This document shows, one piece after another, positions 18,355 through 27,479 of a stretch of 37,263 bases of DNA; within the stretch, counting starts at the first letter, position 1; each line of letters opens with the position of its first letter. The stretch lies in IMG/VR virus record IMGVR_UViG_3300029179_000013, positions 1 to 37,263 of that record, one strand, 5' to 3'. The notes under the pieces are model-generated. The model was not told the DNA's origin, did not search any database, and worked only from the letters and a program-made list of their open reading frames with translations. Source of the DNA: a virus. Taxonomy: Duplodnaviria > Caudoviricetes. The position numbers and the translations under genes are program-made.

Positions 18355-20415
18355 TTATCTATTAAAGATACCCGCGTTGTAGATTTTAATGTTGAACTCT
18401 GTGGCAACTGAGGCGTCTGATACGGCGACAAGTCTCCATTCCAAAGATAGTCCAGAGCCAGAGGCGATGGGTAGGTTGGGAGTAACAATGTGATATCTGC
18501 CTGCCGCAAGATATGTTTCAGCAATAACAAATGGCCCACCTGTCCATCCTCCTTCATCCATACCCCTTGCATTGACAAGAGTTGGGAGGCCGGTACCTGT
18601 CAGTCGACACTCAAGCCTAAAGCCAATGACACCTGTTGGGGTTCCGACAACTTCGACGTCTGCCATCCCATAAACTGTGTCACCAACAGAGAAGCCTGTG
18701 CTTACAACTTGCGATACGCGGAACCCATCGCCAGCACTGCCTGCTCCACCACGGATTTGATAGAAGGTCTGGACACCAGATGATTTGTTTACGTCAACAT
18801 AATGTCCACCAACGCGGGTTGCGACGTAGCCAGTGCCAAGACCGCCGACGTTTGTAACACCGTTGACAAGAGAGCCGCCAGTTCCAGATAGGGTCGGGTT
18901 CGAGAGAAGGTTTCCAACTGTGTAATCTGGTGTCGCATTACCATAGAAGCTGGCAAGTCTTGCTTTGATATCGACACCCATTTTCATTGCGCCATAAGGG
19001 GCTGGATGCAAGCCGTCATAGAACATGTTGGCGACCGCGTCACCAAGTCCGTCGTTGGTTCCGGTATAGACGTCGACAGATACGCAGCGACCAAGTCGTG
19101 TTCCGTGTTGACGCATAATCCATTCGTTGATTTTAAGGAACTTTGCCTTGGCAGTCACAATCTGGGGGGCTGTCAACGAACCCCATGCAGAGCGTGAACA
19201 CGGGGTGAGGAGAACAAGTCTCTTGCCAAGTGTCAAGCAAACGTAATCTGCGAATTGGTTGAGGTTTGAGACGACAGAGCTTTCAGATGCTGTGAGCTGG
19301 ACGATGTCGTTTGTACCGCCCATGATGAAGACTGTGTCAAAGTTCTTGCCAGCCAAGTCGGTAGCCATGCGTGCAACCATTTGGGCTGTTGAGTTTCCTG
19401 CGACGCCCATGACGTTTGCTGGCAAGTCAATGTCCATACGTCCACCAGCAAGGGCGTTGTATGTGGTGAAGTATCCGACGTTCTCAATTGCAATGTCAGA
19501 AGCAGCACCACCAACTTCATGGTAATCAGTGATAGAGTCACCAAAGAGAAGAGCCTTGACTGGTGTTGTGACCAGTGGGATTGGGATAGGGCCATTGGTT
19601 GCATTTGGTGCTACGGATTTGTACGGGTGCCATGAGGGGAGTTGTGATGTGATGCCATGCTTGTGAGCAAGGTATCCTTCCATCTCATATCCATAGCTGT
19701 CATCTGTACAGATAATGATTTCGTGAATGGTCCCAACAATGAAGCCAGAAGCTGTTGAGCGAAGCAAACAACCAATAGCAAAGCGATTGAGGGTGTGTGT
19801 TCCAGATGGGACATAGTCAATCAATGAGGTTCCCGTTACGCCATCCAAGGCATAAGAGGCAGTACCACCGTCATCCCAAACGTGAATAAGGTTTTTTGTA
19901 TCGTCAAAAGCAAGTGCGCCTGTTGCGCTACCGTTGCTGATGACAACGCCGCCAGCATCGTTTCTTGAGAATAAAGCGCCTTCTGTTGATGCAGCAAGAG
20001 CACGCGTACCTGTAGAATAAACAGGGTTATTTGCAGAGCTGCTGCCCTCTCCAATTAGTGTTACGCCGTTGCCGCCTGCTATCTTTATGACAGCATAGAT
20101 GGCCACTTTGTTATTGGCTTTCATCCACGGCGTTGTGTTGAATAGGTAGTCGCCACCATCAAATACTATACCATCTGTACCGTTCCATGTAGGGCGAAGT
20201 GTGGTGGCACCGGCCTGTGAGACATGGCGGTTGTTGCCGCTTTTGTCATTCCATTGTGATACGACATTTGAGGCATGAGTGATGGTTGCACCGTCAGTGG
20301 CATCATACCAACCGCCAACGATTGAGCCTGCCATTGTGGGCACAAAGGGGTCCACTGGTTGGGTTGAGGCTTTCGTTGCGCTGCCTTGAAGTCTGACGTT
20401 TAGACCAAGTCTCAT
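18355..20415 (-). CDS. Virion spike/fibre with LamG-like domain, SGNH/GDSL esterase and C-terminal beta-sandwich
   Basis: GWYDA...VSQWNDKSGNNRH...FDGGDYL...EGYLAHK (LamG-like); complete SGNH blocks FGDSIT, GVAGNS, GGTND, DGLHP. Confidence 0.85.
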   Translation of the reverse strand: MRLGLNVRLQGSATKASTQPVDPFVPTMAGSIVGGWYDATDGATITHASNVVSQWNDKSGNNRHVSQAGATTLRPTWNGTDGIVFDGGDYLFNTTPWMKANNKVAIYAVIKIAGGNGVTLIGEGSSSANNPVYSTGTRALAASTEGALFSRNDAGGVVISNGSATGALAFDDTKNLIHVWDDGGTASYALDGVTGTSLIDYVPSGTHTLNRFAIGCLLRSTASGFIVGTIHEIIICTDDSYGYEMEGYLAHKHGITSQLPSWHPYKSVAPNATNGPIPIPLVTTPVKALLFGDSITDYHEVGGAASDIAIENVGYFTTYNALAGGRMDIDLPANVMGVAGNSTAQMVARMATDLAGKNFDTVFIMGGTNDIVQLTASESSVVSNLNQFADYVCLTLGKRLVLLTPCSRSAWGSLTAPQIVTAKAKFLKINEWIMRQHGTRLGRCVSVDVYTGTNDGLGDAVANMFYDGLHPAPYGAMKMGVDIKARLASFYGNATPDYTVGNLLSNPTLSGTGGSLVNGVTNVGGLGTGYVATRVGGHYVDVNKSSGVQTFYQIRGGAGSAGDGFRVSQVVSTGFSVGDTVYGMADVEVVGTPTGVIGFRLECRLTGTGLPTLVNARGMDEGGWTGGPFVIAETYLAAGRYHIVTPNLPIASGSGLSLEWRLVAVSDASVATEFNIKIYNAGIFNR

Positions 20416-20429
20416 GTTTAACCTTGGGG

Positions 20430-20762
20430 TTAGATGCGTTCGCTGATGTAGAGAGTTCCACTTGCCGTTGCTTGAACAACAGCCAAGTGGGTTGCCATTC
20501 CGCTTGCGTCCCCGAGTTCAATATCAAGGTATACGAGCTTTGGGATGAAGTGTCTTGAAGTTGAGGAGGTTACACCTGCACCACCAACTTCAATATAGCA
20601 ATCTTCTGTTGCGTAAATGGACAAGACCGGAGAGACAAACGGGGTTGAGTTTCTGGCAGATGTTGCATTAAAAGATATCTTGTGCGTTCCAGACCCTCTG
20701 ACGAAAGAGAGAACTGGAATGGGGGCAGAATTTCTATCTCTTGGCATTACGATGGTTGTCAT
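20430..20762 (-). CDS. Small beta-rich virion protein, possible spike base
   Basis: 110 aa, beta-strand pattern ending GTLYISE, GGAG RBS, immediately upstream of the spike gene. Confidence 0.6.
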   Translation of the reverse strand: MTTIVMPRDRNSAPIPVLSFVRGSGTHKISFNATSARNSTPFVSPVLSIYATEDCYIEVGGAGVTSSTSRHFIPKLVYLDIELGDASGMATHLAVVQATASGTLYISERI

Positions 20763-20772
20763 GTTTGGTCTC

Positions 20773-23052
20773 CTATGCGGTTGTGTTCATTCGTCTGGCA
20801 ACCTTGGAGCCAAGACGGTTGTAAAGTTCTTCTACTGTAACAGGCACGCCATCCTTGTAAAAGATGTTTCTGTTTGCCTTGGCTGCATCAGGGAAAAGAT
20901 TCGCAGCCAGAAGCTGTGAGCCTTGGTTGTTAATCACCACGGCCGCACGACTTGGGCCAAGGAAGTGTGCAAGGTATAAGTCTTTTTCTGTCGGCTTTTT
21001 GCCGGTTTGGTTTATGAGCTGTCTGCCGTTTTCCATGGTCAGATATGCGCCCATGATGCGTTGCGCGTTCGGATTGTATATGTCTTCCTCAGTGATGCCG
21101 TGTGCTTGACCATAACGCTTGACCATCTCATTCCATGTTCCTTTTGTGAACTGGAGAAGGCCGGTTGCGGATGATGTTTGCGCTCTGGCGAAGGGGTCGC
21201 CACCGCTTTCGATATCAGCAATCACGTCGAGATATGTGTCAAGGCCAGAGGATACGTTAGAGGGTTCCCTGTAGTCAGAGGATACGCTGTCGTAAATGAC
21301 GGGTGAGCTGTACTCAGAGTAACCAGTTGTAGGCTCTGGTGTTGTTTCACTTGATGTTTGCTGCGGCTTGACTGGATTGTACGACTCGATAAGACGCAAA
21401 GAGTTCTCCAAAGACTGCATCATCTGGATAGATGAATTGTAGTCATAATTGGTTATGTTGGAACGCTTTGATGGGTCATTGTTGAGGGTGTTGACAACGG
21501 TCCTTATATTAGAAAGTTCGTTTCTAAGGGCTTGAACAACGATAGCCTTGTTTTCAAGGATGGAGTTGTACTCCTGCTCTGTTGCGGTAGGTTGCGAAAG
21601 AGCATCAAAAACATCAAGCATTGTTTGGCGCAGGGTTGTTTGGCGCTGCGTTGACCATGATGTGAAGTTTGTGCCGGGTTTGATGCCATGCTCAACTTCA
21701 AGGATGGACTGCGCTCTGCGGTCAATCCACTCTGTTTTTGTATCGGCCCCGCCTTCTGAGAGGAACTTCATCCCAGCAGCAGCCGGGTCAAAGTTTTCAG
21801 CGTCAGCGTCGAATTCATTTTTAATGAATTGAATGGCAGCCTGCATGTTTTCCTCAGATGGGAAGAAATTGGCGTCAGTGCTGATAAGGTTAAGGGCTAC
21901 CGAAATACGTTCGTCTACAGCCAAGTTCTTTCCAGACTTCCCATTTCCGTATTCTGATTTGGGGAAGTACGCGCTCGCAAGTGCTTCCATGCGTGCGGTT
22001 GCACCTTTTGTAAGAGCCTGTGCTTCCTCAAGAGCGGCCGCACGAAGGTCGGCTTCACGCTTGTTATACATTGTGATAGCTGAGGTTTTGGAGATGATAT
22101 CCAATTCCTTCTTCACTGCAAGATATCTCGGGTCAGCAGGTGATTGTGGGGCAGGCATGCCAGCTTGAACCATCAGTGAGCGAATGGATGTGAAGATTGA
22201 ATCTTCATCACCAGACTGGGCGGCTTGTGCAAAGTATGGGTCTTTACTTGCCATGTCGATAATCTTGGCTTGTTGTTCAGACGCAACTTGGGTGGACATT
22301 TGTGAGATGCCCTTCTTCAAAAAGTCAGAACTTCCGGGAATTGATTGACCAGCGAAGTCAGACCACCAGTCCTGCATGGCAGGGTCCTGCATAACAAAGT
22401 CAGGTGTGTTCTTGAGGATTGTACCGATGTTCCCAACGTCATCAATAGAGCGCTGACGCATATTGTCCCTTGCCATCGACTTTAATATGGCGGCGGTTTG
22501 TGGGTTTCTCATTTCTGCTGGGAAGAATTTGTACAGGTCTTCCTCCGAACGAACCATTTTTGCAGCAGGGTTTTGGGCAAGTGTGGAATACTTCTTGTTT
22601 GTGGCTTCAGAAAGCATACTGCCAAGCTCTGGTTTGTATTGGTCGTAAATGCGTGCGCCATCTGGCCCAAAGGCAGCATCAAAGATTTCTGCCATTTTCT
22701 TTTCGTCTTTGTCCCAGTTCTCATCAACGATTTTCTGGACATAGTTGCGCTCAAGGCTGCGCTGCTCTGCCATCCCTGCATTAATTTCAAGTTTCTTGAG
22801 GCGAGACTTTTCATTGGCACGGCTTGTCATCTCGCGCAATGCGTCACCGGCTGGGATGTAAGAGGCCAAGAATGGGTCTCCACCTGCCATTGATGTACGC
22901 ATGCTGTCGAGTTCGTATGGGTCTATTTGTTCCCCAAGTGCGACTTTGGCATCAACGTATTCACGAAATGCCTTGGCTTTTTCAGAGCGTTTAAGCTCAA
23001 TGCGGTCTTCTGCCGCCTCTTTGCCTTGTATGGTTGAGAGACTGAATGCCAT
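20773..23052 (-). CDS. Internal virion protein with C-terminal lytic transglycosylase (SLT-like)
   Basis: IESGGDP..A..SSATGLLQFT..TW and LYLAHFLG in the last ~150 aa; helical N-terminal body. Confidence 0.88.
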   Translation of the reverse strand: MAFSLSTIQGKEAAEDRIELKRSEKAKAFREYVDAKVALGEQIDPYELDSMRTSMAGGDPFLASYIPAGDALREMTSRANEKSRLKKLEINAGMAEQRSLERNYVQKIVDENWDKDEKKMAEIFDAAFGPDGARIYDQYKPELGSMLSEATNKKYSTLAQNPAAKMVRSEEDLYKFFPAEMRNPQTAAILKSMARDNMRQRSIDDVGNIGTILKNTPDFVMQDPAMQDWWSDFAGQSIPGSSDFLKKGISQMSTQVASEQQAKIIDMASKDPYFAQAAQSGDEDSIFTSIRSLMVQAGMPAPQSPADPRYLAVKKELDIISKTSAITMYNKREADLRAAALEEAQALTKGATARMEALASAYFPKSEYGNGKSGKNLAVDERISVALNLISTDANFFPSEENMQAAIQFIKNEFDADAENFDPAAAGMKFLSEGGADTKTEWIDRRAQSILEVEHGIKPGTNFTSWSTQRQTTLRQTMLDVFDALSQPTATEQEYNSILENKAIVVQALRNELSNIRTVVNTLNNDPSKRSNITNYDYNSSIQMMQSLENSLRLIESYNPVKPQQTSSETTPEPTTGYSEYSSPVIYDSVSSDYREPSNVSSGLDTYLDVIADIESGGDPFARAQTSSATGLLQFTKGTWNEMVKRYGQAHGITEEDIYNPNAQRIMGAYLTMENGRQLINQTGKKPTEKDLYLAHFLGPSRAAVVINNQGSQLLAANLFPDAAKANRNIFYKDGVPVTVEELYNRLGSKVARRMNTTA

Positions 23053-23906
23053 TACTTTGTAGCTCCCCCGGTCCAGCGTGGTCCGTTCCGAGTTATGTCG
23101 TCATTGTTTGGTCTATTGAAGACTTTTGAAAGAAGGTCTGCAAGGCTTGCATCAATCTTGGCCTCGGTGTCTCCTTTGGCTGTCGCCTCGTTGGCCGCGT
23201 CTGTGTACACACGATTGGTGTAGTTTGCATTAGAGTTTGTCAGGGTTGTGATGTCTGTCCCGCCTTGGGTGAGAAGACCCATGTCGTTTGTAATTTGCGG
23301 TTGAAGCGTGTCTTTGAGTTCGTTCAACGTGTTTGAACGATTGGTGTTTATCAGGGTCATCTTGTTTTGTGAGCGGTTAATGGCGGCGTCGTATGCGGCG
23401 TCATCAATCTTCTGGAGTTCTGGCGTGAAGCGCTTAATCAACGCGTTCATTCTGTCATTTGTCGCTGCGGTTGAACCTGCGCCACCAAGCCTTTCGATTT
23501 GTGCGGCACGCCCTTGGCTTTCAACAAGGGTCAACATGTCGTTAAAGTCCTGCATCATTGTGGCTTTGTTGCGGGAATAATCTTGGTTGATGGTGTCTTC
23601 GTTAAACTGAGGCATTGCCCCCATGTTTCTTTGGGCTGCACGAAGCGTGCTGCCAAGTTCACCGTTTTGTGTGAGAATGCGTTCTTTCATTGCAGCTTCA
23701 AACGCAGCACGCTGAGATGCGGTTTGTGCGGACAAGGCAGCCAGTTCCCGCTGTTGAGCCAATGAGGCGTAGTATTCATTTTCTGCCTGCTTTGCCTTCT
23801 TGCTTTGCTCTCTCTCGTTCAATATGTTGCTGATGAAACTGACACCAGCTCCCAAGACCGGGTTTGCTTTTGTTGCTACCTGTGTGAGAATGCTACCCCA
23901 TGGCAT
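23052..23906 (-). CDS. Internal virion / ejection protein (helical)
   Basis: AAGGAG RBS before MPWGSIL; short hydrophobic N-terminus then Ala/Gln/Asn-rich helices; TAATG coupling to the next gene. Confidence 0.7.
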   Translation of the reverse strand: MPWGSILTQVATKANPVLGAGVSFISNILNEREQSKKAKQAENEYYASLAQQRELAALSAQTASQRAAFEAAMKERILTQNGELGSTLRAAQRNMGAMPQFNEDTINQDYSRNKATMMQDFNDMLTLVESQGRAAQIERLGGAGSTAATNDRMNALIKRFTPELQKIDDAAYDAAINRSQNKMTLINTNRSNTLNELKDTLQPQITNDMGLLTQGGTDITTLTNSNANYTNRVYTDAANEATAKGDTEAKIDASLADLLSKVFNRPNNDDITRNGPRWTGGATK

Positions 23907-23908
23907 GG

Positions 23909-24895
23909 CTATACTCCTTGAATGGCCGTTTGGCCCCAACCGCGACGTCGCTGTTCTTGGAAACCTTCACTTGATTGTACATTACCACGTCCCCAGCCAC
24001 CTTGACCAGTGGGGGCGTATTGTCCTTGAACACCATAGTCGGCGACTTGGCGCTTGGTTGGGTCTGTGTCTGTGGCTGCTTGTTGCTGGGCAAGTGCCAT
24101 GTTTTTTTGACCGAGGAAATTTGTTCCTGATTGGCGATAGTCCGCTTGGTATTGGTCGTAGTTGCTCTCGATTTCTTTCAATAGGTTGAGGCCCTGAGCA
24201 ACGCCTTGTTGGCCTTGTTCCTTTCTAAGGAGAGCAAGGACAGATGGGCCTGCCACAGTAGAGCCGTCACTGTATTGGGCGGTGATGCCTTCCATAGATT
24301 TGTTGTAGTATTCCTGCCATGTGAGGGGGCGGTTTTCGTTTGGAAAGGCTTCCTTGATTGTTTCGTCATTGTAGAAACTCTCATATTGTTTTCCAGAGAA
24401 CAATGATGAGAATGAGTCGTATGGTCGTCGTATGTCATTGAGCGCGGTGAGAGCACGGTTCATGTACTCATCATCGCTCCCGTCATCAGAGTATCTTGTG
24501 GCGGGGGACTCTATTCTTTTTTTGAGGGCAGAGATGGCAGCGTCAAAGTTTGGTGCTTGCGGTGATGTGTTGAAGAGTGCCTTGTTTGGACCCGCATAAA
24601 AAAGGTTGCCTTTGTCATCAAATGAAAGGGACTGCGCGGCCTCATCAACGGAGTTGAACAGACCTTGACCGGATGCATTTGTGAAGAAGCGCGTTGGCTG
24701 TGGCTGGGGTTGTTGTGATTGGCTGTCTTGCTTTTTAAAGAAGCTTCCAAATCCACCGCTGCGATTATTGGATGTGTTAAGGCCGTACTGGTTTGCCAGT
24801 TCGTCGTCAATGACAACACCGGTTCCTGAAAGCGCTTCTTGTAGCGCTCTGCTCAGGTTTCTGTTTTGTGATTCTGGACTGTTACCAAGCCACAT
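23909..24895 (-). CDS. Putative internal virion protein
   Basis: TAATG-coupled start (MWLGNS); Gln/Gly-rich; lies within the ejection gene block. Confidence 0.6.
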   Translation of the reverse strand: MWLGNSPESQNRNLSRALQEALSGTGVVIDDELANQYGLNTSNNRSGGFGSFFKKQDSQSQQPQPQPTRFFTNASGQGLFNSVDEAAQSLSFDDKGNLFYAGPNKALFNTSPQAPNFDAAISALKKRIESPATRYSDDGSDDEYMNRALTALNDIRRPYDSFSSLFSGKQYESFYNDETIKEAFPNENRPLTWQEYYNKSMEGITAQYSDGSTVAGPSVLALLRKEQGQQGVAQGLNLLKEIESNYDQYQADYRQSGTNFLGQKNMALAQQQAATDTDPTKRQVADYGVQGQYAPTGQGGWGRGNVQSSEGFQEQRRRGWGQTAIQGV

Positions 24896-25911
24896 TAAAC
24901 AAAGGCCACTCCCGAACCCCAAGATGAACGACGGTTGTTTCCAAAACTGCCGGAGAAAGCGGCATTGATTGTGCGCATTGAGCCTGTATCACGGTCCTTG
25001 ACTTGGGTCAGATAGCTTACACCAGATGTGGATGGCATGTTTGGATTTATGCCAGAACCTTTGGATGGAGCAGAGCCATCCGTAGATGCGCCGGGGATTG
25101 CAAGAGCTGGGTCTTGAGAGGCTTGGGGAAGTTGTGTGTTGATGTTTGCAAGAGATGGGTAGCTTGCAATGTCTGAACCCCAACTCATTTTTGGAGGGTC
25201 AATCATTCCGCCTACCGTTTCACCAAGGTTGGAGCCAAGCCAGCTTCCTGCGATGGATGCCACATTGGCTGTAAGGAGGGAGCTTGGGAGAACGCCGGCA
25301 ACACCTGATAGGCCATTGCTTGCCAGTGTGGCTCCGACAGTGCCTGCTGGCCCAACGACGTTTGCACCGGGAGCGAACGAGGAGCCAAGGTATGAACCGA
25401 GACCAGCGCCAAGTGATTGTCCCCATGACCCACCAGAGAGTTTTGTGGCGACACCTGAGCCGATGGCTGCGCCTACGGCCGGGGAGATGGATGCACCGAG
25501 AGCTGTCCCAATACCGGGCAGGGCGAAGGAGGCGGCAACAGGAATAAGGATACGGCCGAGGGCAGACGATGTTAGTTTTTTGAGGGCCTTCTTGATTTTC
25601 TTTAGGAAGAACTCAGGCTGACCTGTGTATGGGTTGATTGACATGTCAGGAGAACCAACGATGTACCTGTTGGGGTCAGCCCCCATAGACGCAAGGGCTT
25701 TACCGATAATCTCGCCAATTTCTGGGTATTGTTGGATAACTTCTGGAGGCACCATCATCTCACCGGGAGCGGCGTGCACGACGTGACTGTCGCCATAGCG
25801 TCCCCAGTTTGTTTGTGGAGAAGCGCCGTCGGTTTTGTTCATTGAACCCATAAACCCAAGTTCGGTTGAACTTGGGATGTGAGGCATGATGGAGGCGTTG
25901 TACCCGGGCAT
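24895..25911 (-). CDS. Putative DNA pilot / ejection protein with glycine-zipper hydrophobic region
   Basis: GRYGD...HAAPGE and NPYTGQPEFF motifs, basic amphipathic LKKIKKALKKL, long GxxxG-rich hydrophobic stretch. Confidence 0.7.
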   Translation of the reverse strand: MPGYNASIMPHIPSSTELGFMGSMNKTDGASPQTNWGRYGDSHVVHAAPGEMMVPPEVIQQYPEIGEIIGKALASMGADPNRYIVGSPDMSINPYTGQPEFFLKKIKKALKKLTSSALGRILIPVAASFALPGIGTALGASISPAVGAAIGSGVATKLSGGSWGQSLGAGLGSYLGSSFAPGANVVGPAGTVGATLASNGLSGVAGVLPSSLLTANVASIAGSWLGSNLGETVGGMIDPPKMSWGSDIASYPSLANINTQLPQASQDPALAIPGASTDGSAPSKGSGINPNMPSTSGVSYLTQVKDRDTGSMRTINAAFSGSFGNNRRSSWGSGVAFV

Positions 25912-25919
25912 GTTGATTC

Positions 25920-27473
25920 CTATGCGTTCAAGGTTGCAAACGAAATGGCTACGTCAAGGTTTTGCGCGGCAGAGTTGGATGTCACGATGATTTGAAGGAG
26001 ACGGCCTGCCGCAGTTCCGTCGACCTCAATAACGGGCGTGATGTTCTGGTTGATACGCGATGTTGTCACAGCGTAAGTCGTGCCGACGGCAACACCGTCA
26101 ACTGCCAATTGGATTGTGCATGAGCCGGTTGAGACGATGGCAGAAATACCGTCGATACGGATTTTTTGTTTGTAGATGGACTGAACACGGTACGTTGTGT
26201 TTGAAAGCGCACCTGTTTGGAAGGAGGGGATGGTGCCCACTGAATAGATTTCAGGGAGTTGTCCGGTAGGGATTTTACCTGATGAGTCAAGGGAGGCAAC
26301 GCCGTTTGCAGCGCCCATGAAGGTCTTGGGCACAAGGGCGGAGAAGTCGATGTCGCCATATTCAAGGAGCGTTCCCGTTCCGTTGACGCGCACATACTGG
26401 CCAGCGTTGGCGACGGTAAAGGAGGGTAGTGCGTTGTCGGGAGAAGCGGACAGCCACTGGGTTCCTTGGTAAAATTTGAGGATGTTGGGTACAACAGAGG
26501 TGTCAAGCCACAGGTCACCGGAGGCTGGGGTGGATGGGGTTGTGGATGCGACTGTGATTTTTGCCTTGGAGGCAAGGGTGCTTGAGAGGCTGTTGACTTT
26601 GGACTGGGGGATTTCATCCGCATTGATGACCAATTTGTTGTAGGGGATGAGACCGTTTCCGTTTGTAAACTCGTCTTCAAGCATCAGGCCAGCCACTGCT
26701 GTCTGTGCTTGGTTCTCAACCGTGATAACGGTTGCTACGTCGTTGTTTACGAGTGGGGAGATGAAGGTGATTGTGTCTGTGGCGGCAGACTTGACGTAGT
26801 CGTAAGAGGCACCTTCGCGCTGAAGGATGCCGTTCTTGTAGACAAGAAGACGCTCAGCATCTGTGTGGGCGAAGGCAAATGTGGCCACGGTTCCAACGGC
26901 AATGTAGTCAAGGCGACGGTAATTAGATACCGCACCGGCGCGGATAGAAACGACAGAGATGTTGGTACCGGAGTTTACGGCCGTGGCAAGTGTGATTGTG
27001 TTTGTGCCAGTGTTGTAGGTGTACTCTGGTGAGACACCGCTGCTGCGAAGCAGAAGGCCGTTCTTCATCACAAGGATATCTTCTGTTTCAGGAGAGAAGG
27101 TGTACGGAATGTTGGTCGTGCCGTTCACCGTTACTGCGATGTCGGCACGATTGAAAAAGAGCGGGCCTTCAATAAGACCAAGGTTTTGACCGGCTGGTCC
27201 GCGAATGTCTTGAATGTTGGCAAGGAGTTGCCAGCCATCTTCAGCATTGCGGTACTCGCCAATGCGGTACTCAAGGCCGGTGGAGGTGTTGAGGCGCATT
27301 TCGATGGGGCCATCAAAGTTGCCATCTTGGTCAAAGATTTGGAGAAGAAGCTCGCCAATTGTTTTGTTGCCAAGTTCGGCCGCGTTTATGTAGCGGATGA
27401 TGTTCTCGAAGTCTGTGTGGATTTTTCCAGACGAGCCGTAATCTTGGGGGTGCTGCTGACGTAGACGTGCCAT
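25920..27473 (-). CDS. Tail fibre / spike-like structural protein
   Basis: Two internal repeats (LVMKNGLL / LVYKNGIL...Y...TIT), PASGDLWLDTS, GAANGVASLDSSGKIP..QLP fibre motif; follows the nozzle gene. Confidence 0.75.
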   Translation of the reverse strand: MARLRQQHPQDYGSSGKIHTDFENIIRYINAAELGNKTIGELLLQIFDQDGNFDGPIEMRLNTSTGLEYRIGEYRNAEDGWQLLANIQDIRGPAGQNLGLIEGPLFFNRADIAVTVNGTTNIPYTFSPETEDILVMKNGLLLRSSGVSPEYTYNTGTNTITLATAVNSGTNISVVSIRAGAVSNYRRLDYIAVGTVATFAFAHTDAERLLVYKNGILQREGASYDYVKSAATDTITFISPLVNNDVATVITVENQAQTAVAGLMLEDEFTNGNGLIPYNKLVINADEIPQSKVNSLSSTLASKAKITVASTTPSTPASGDLWLDTSVVPNILKFYQGTQWLSASPDNALPSFTVANAGQYVRVNGTGTLLEYGDIDFSALVPKTFMGAANGVASLDSSGKIPTGQLPEIYSVGTIPSFQTGALSNTTYRVQSIYKQKIRIDGISAIVSTGSCTIQLAVDGVAVGTTYAVTTSRINQNITPVIEVDGTAAGRLLQIIVTSNSAAQNLDVAISFATLNA

Positions 27474-27479
27474 GGTGTG

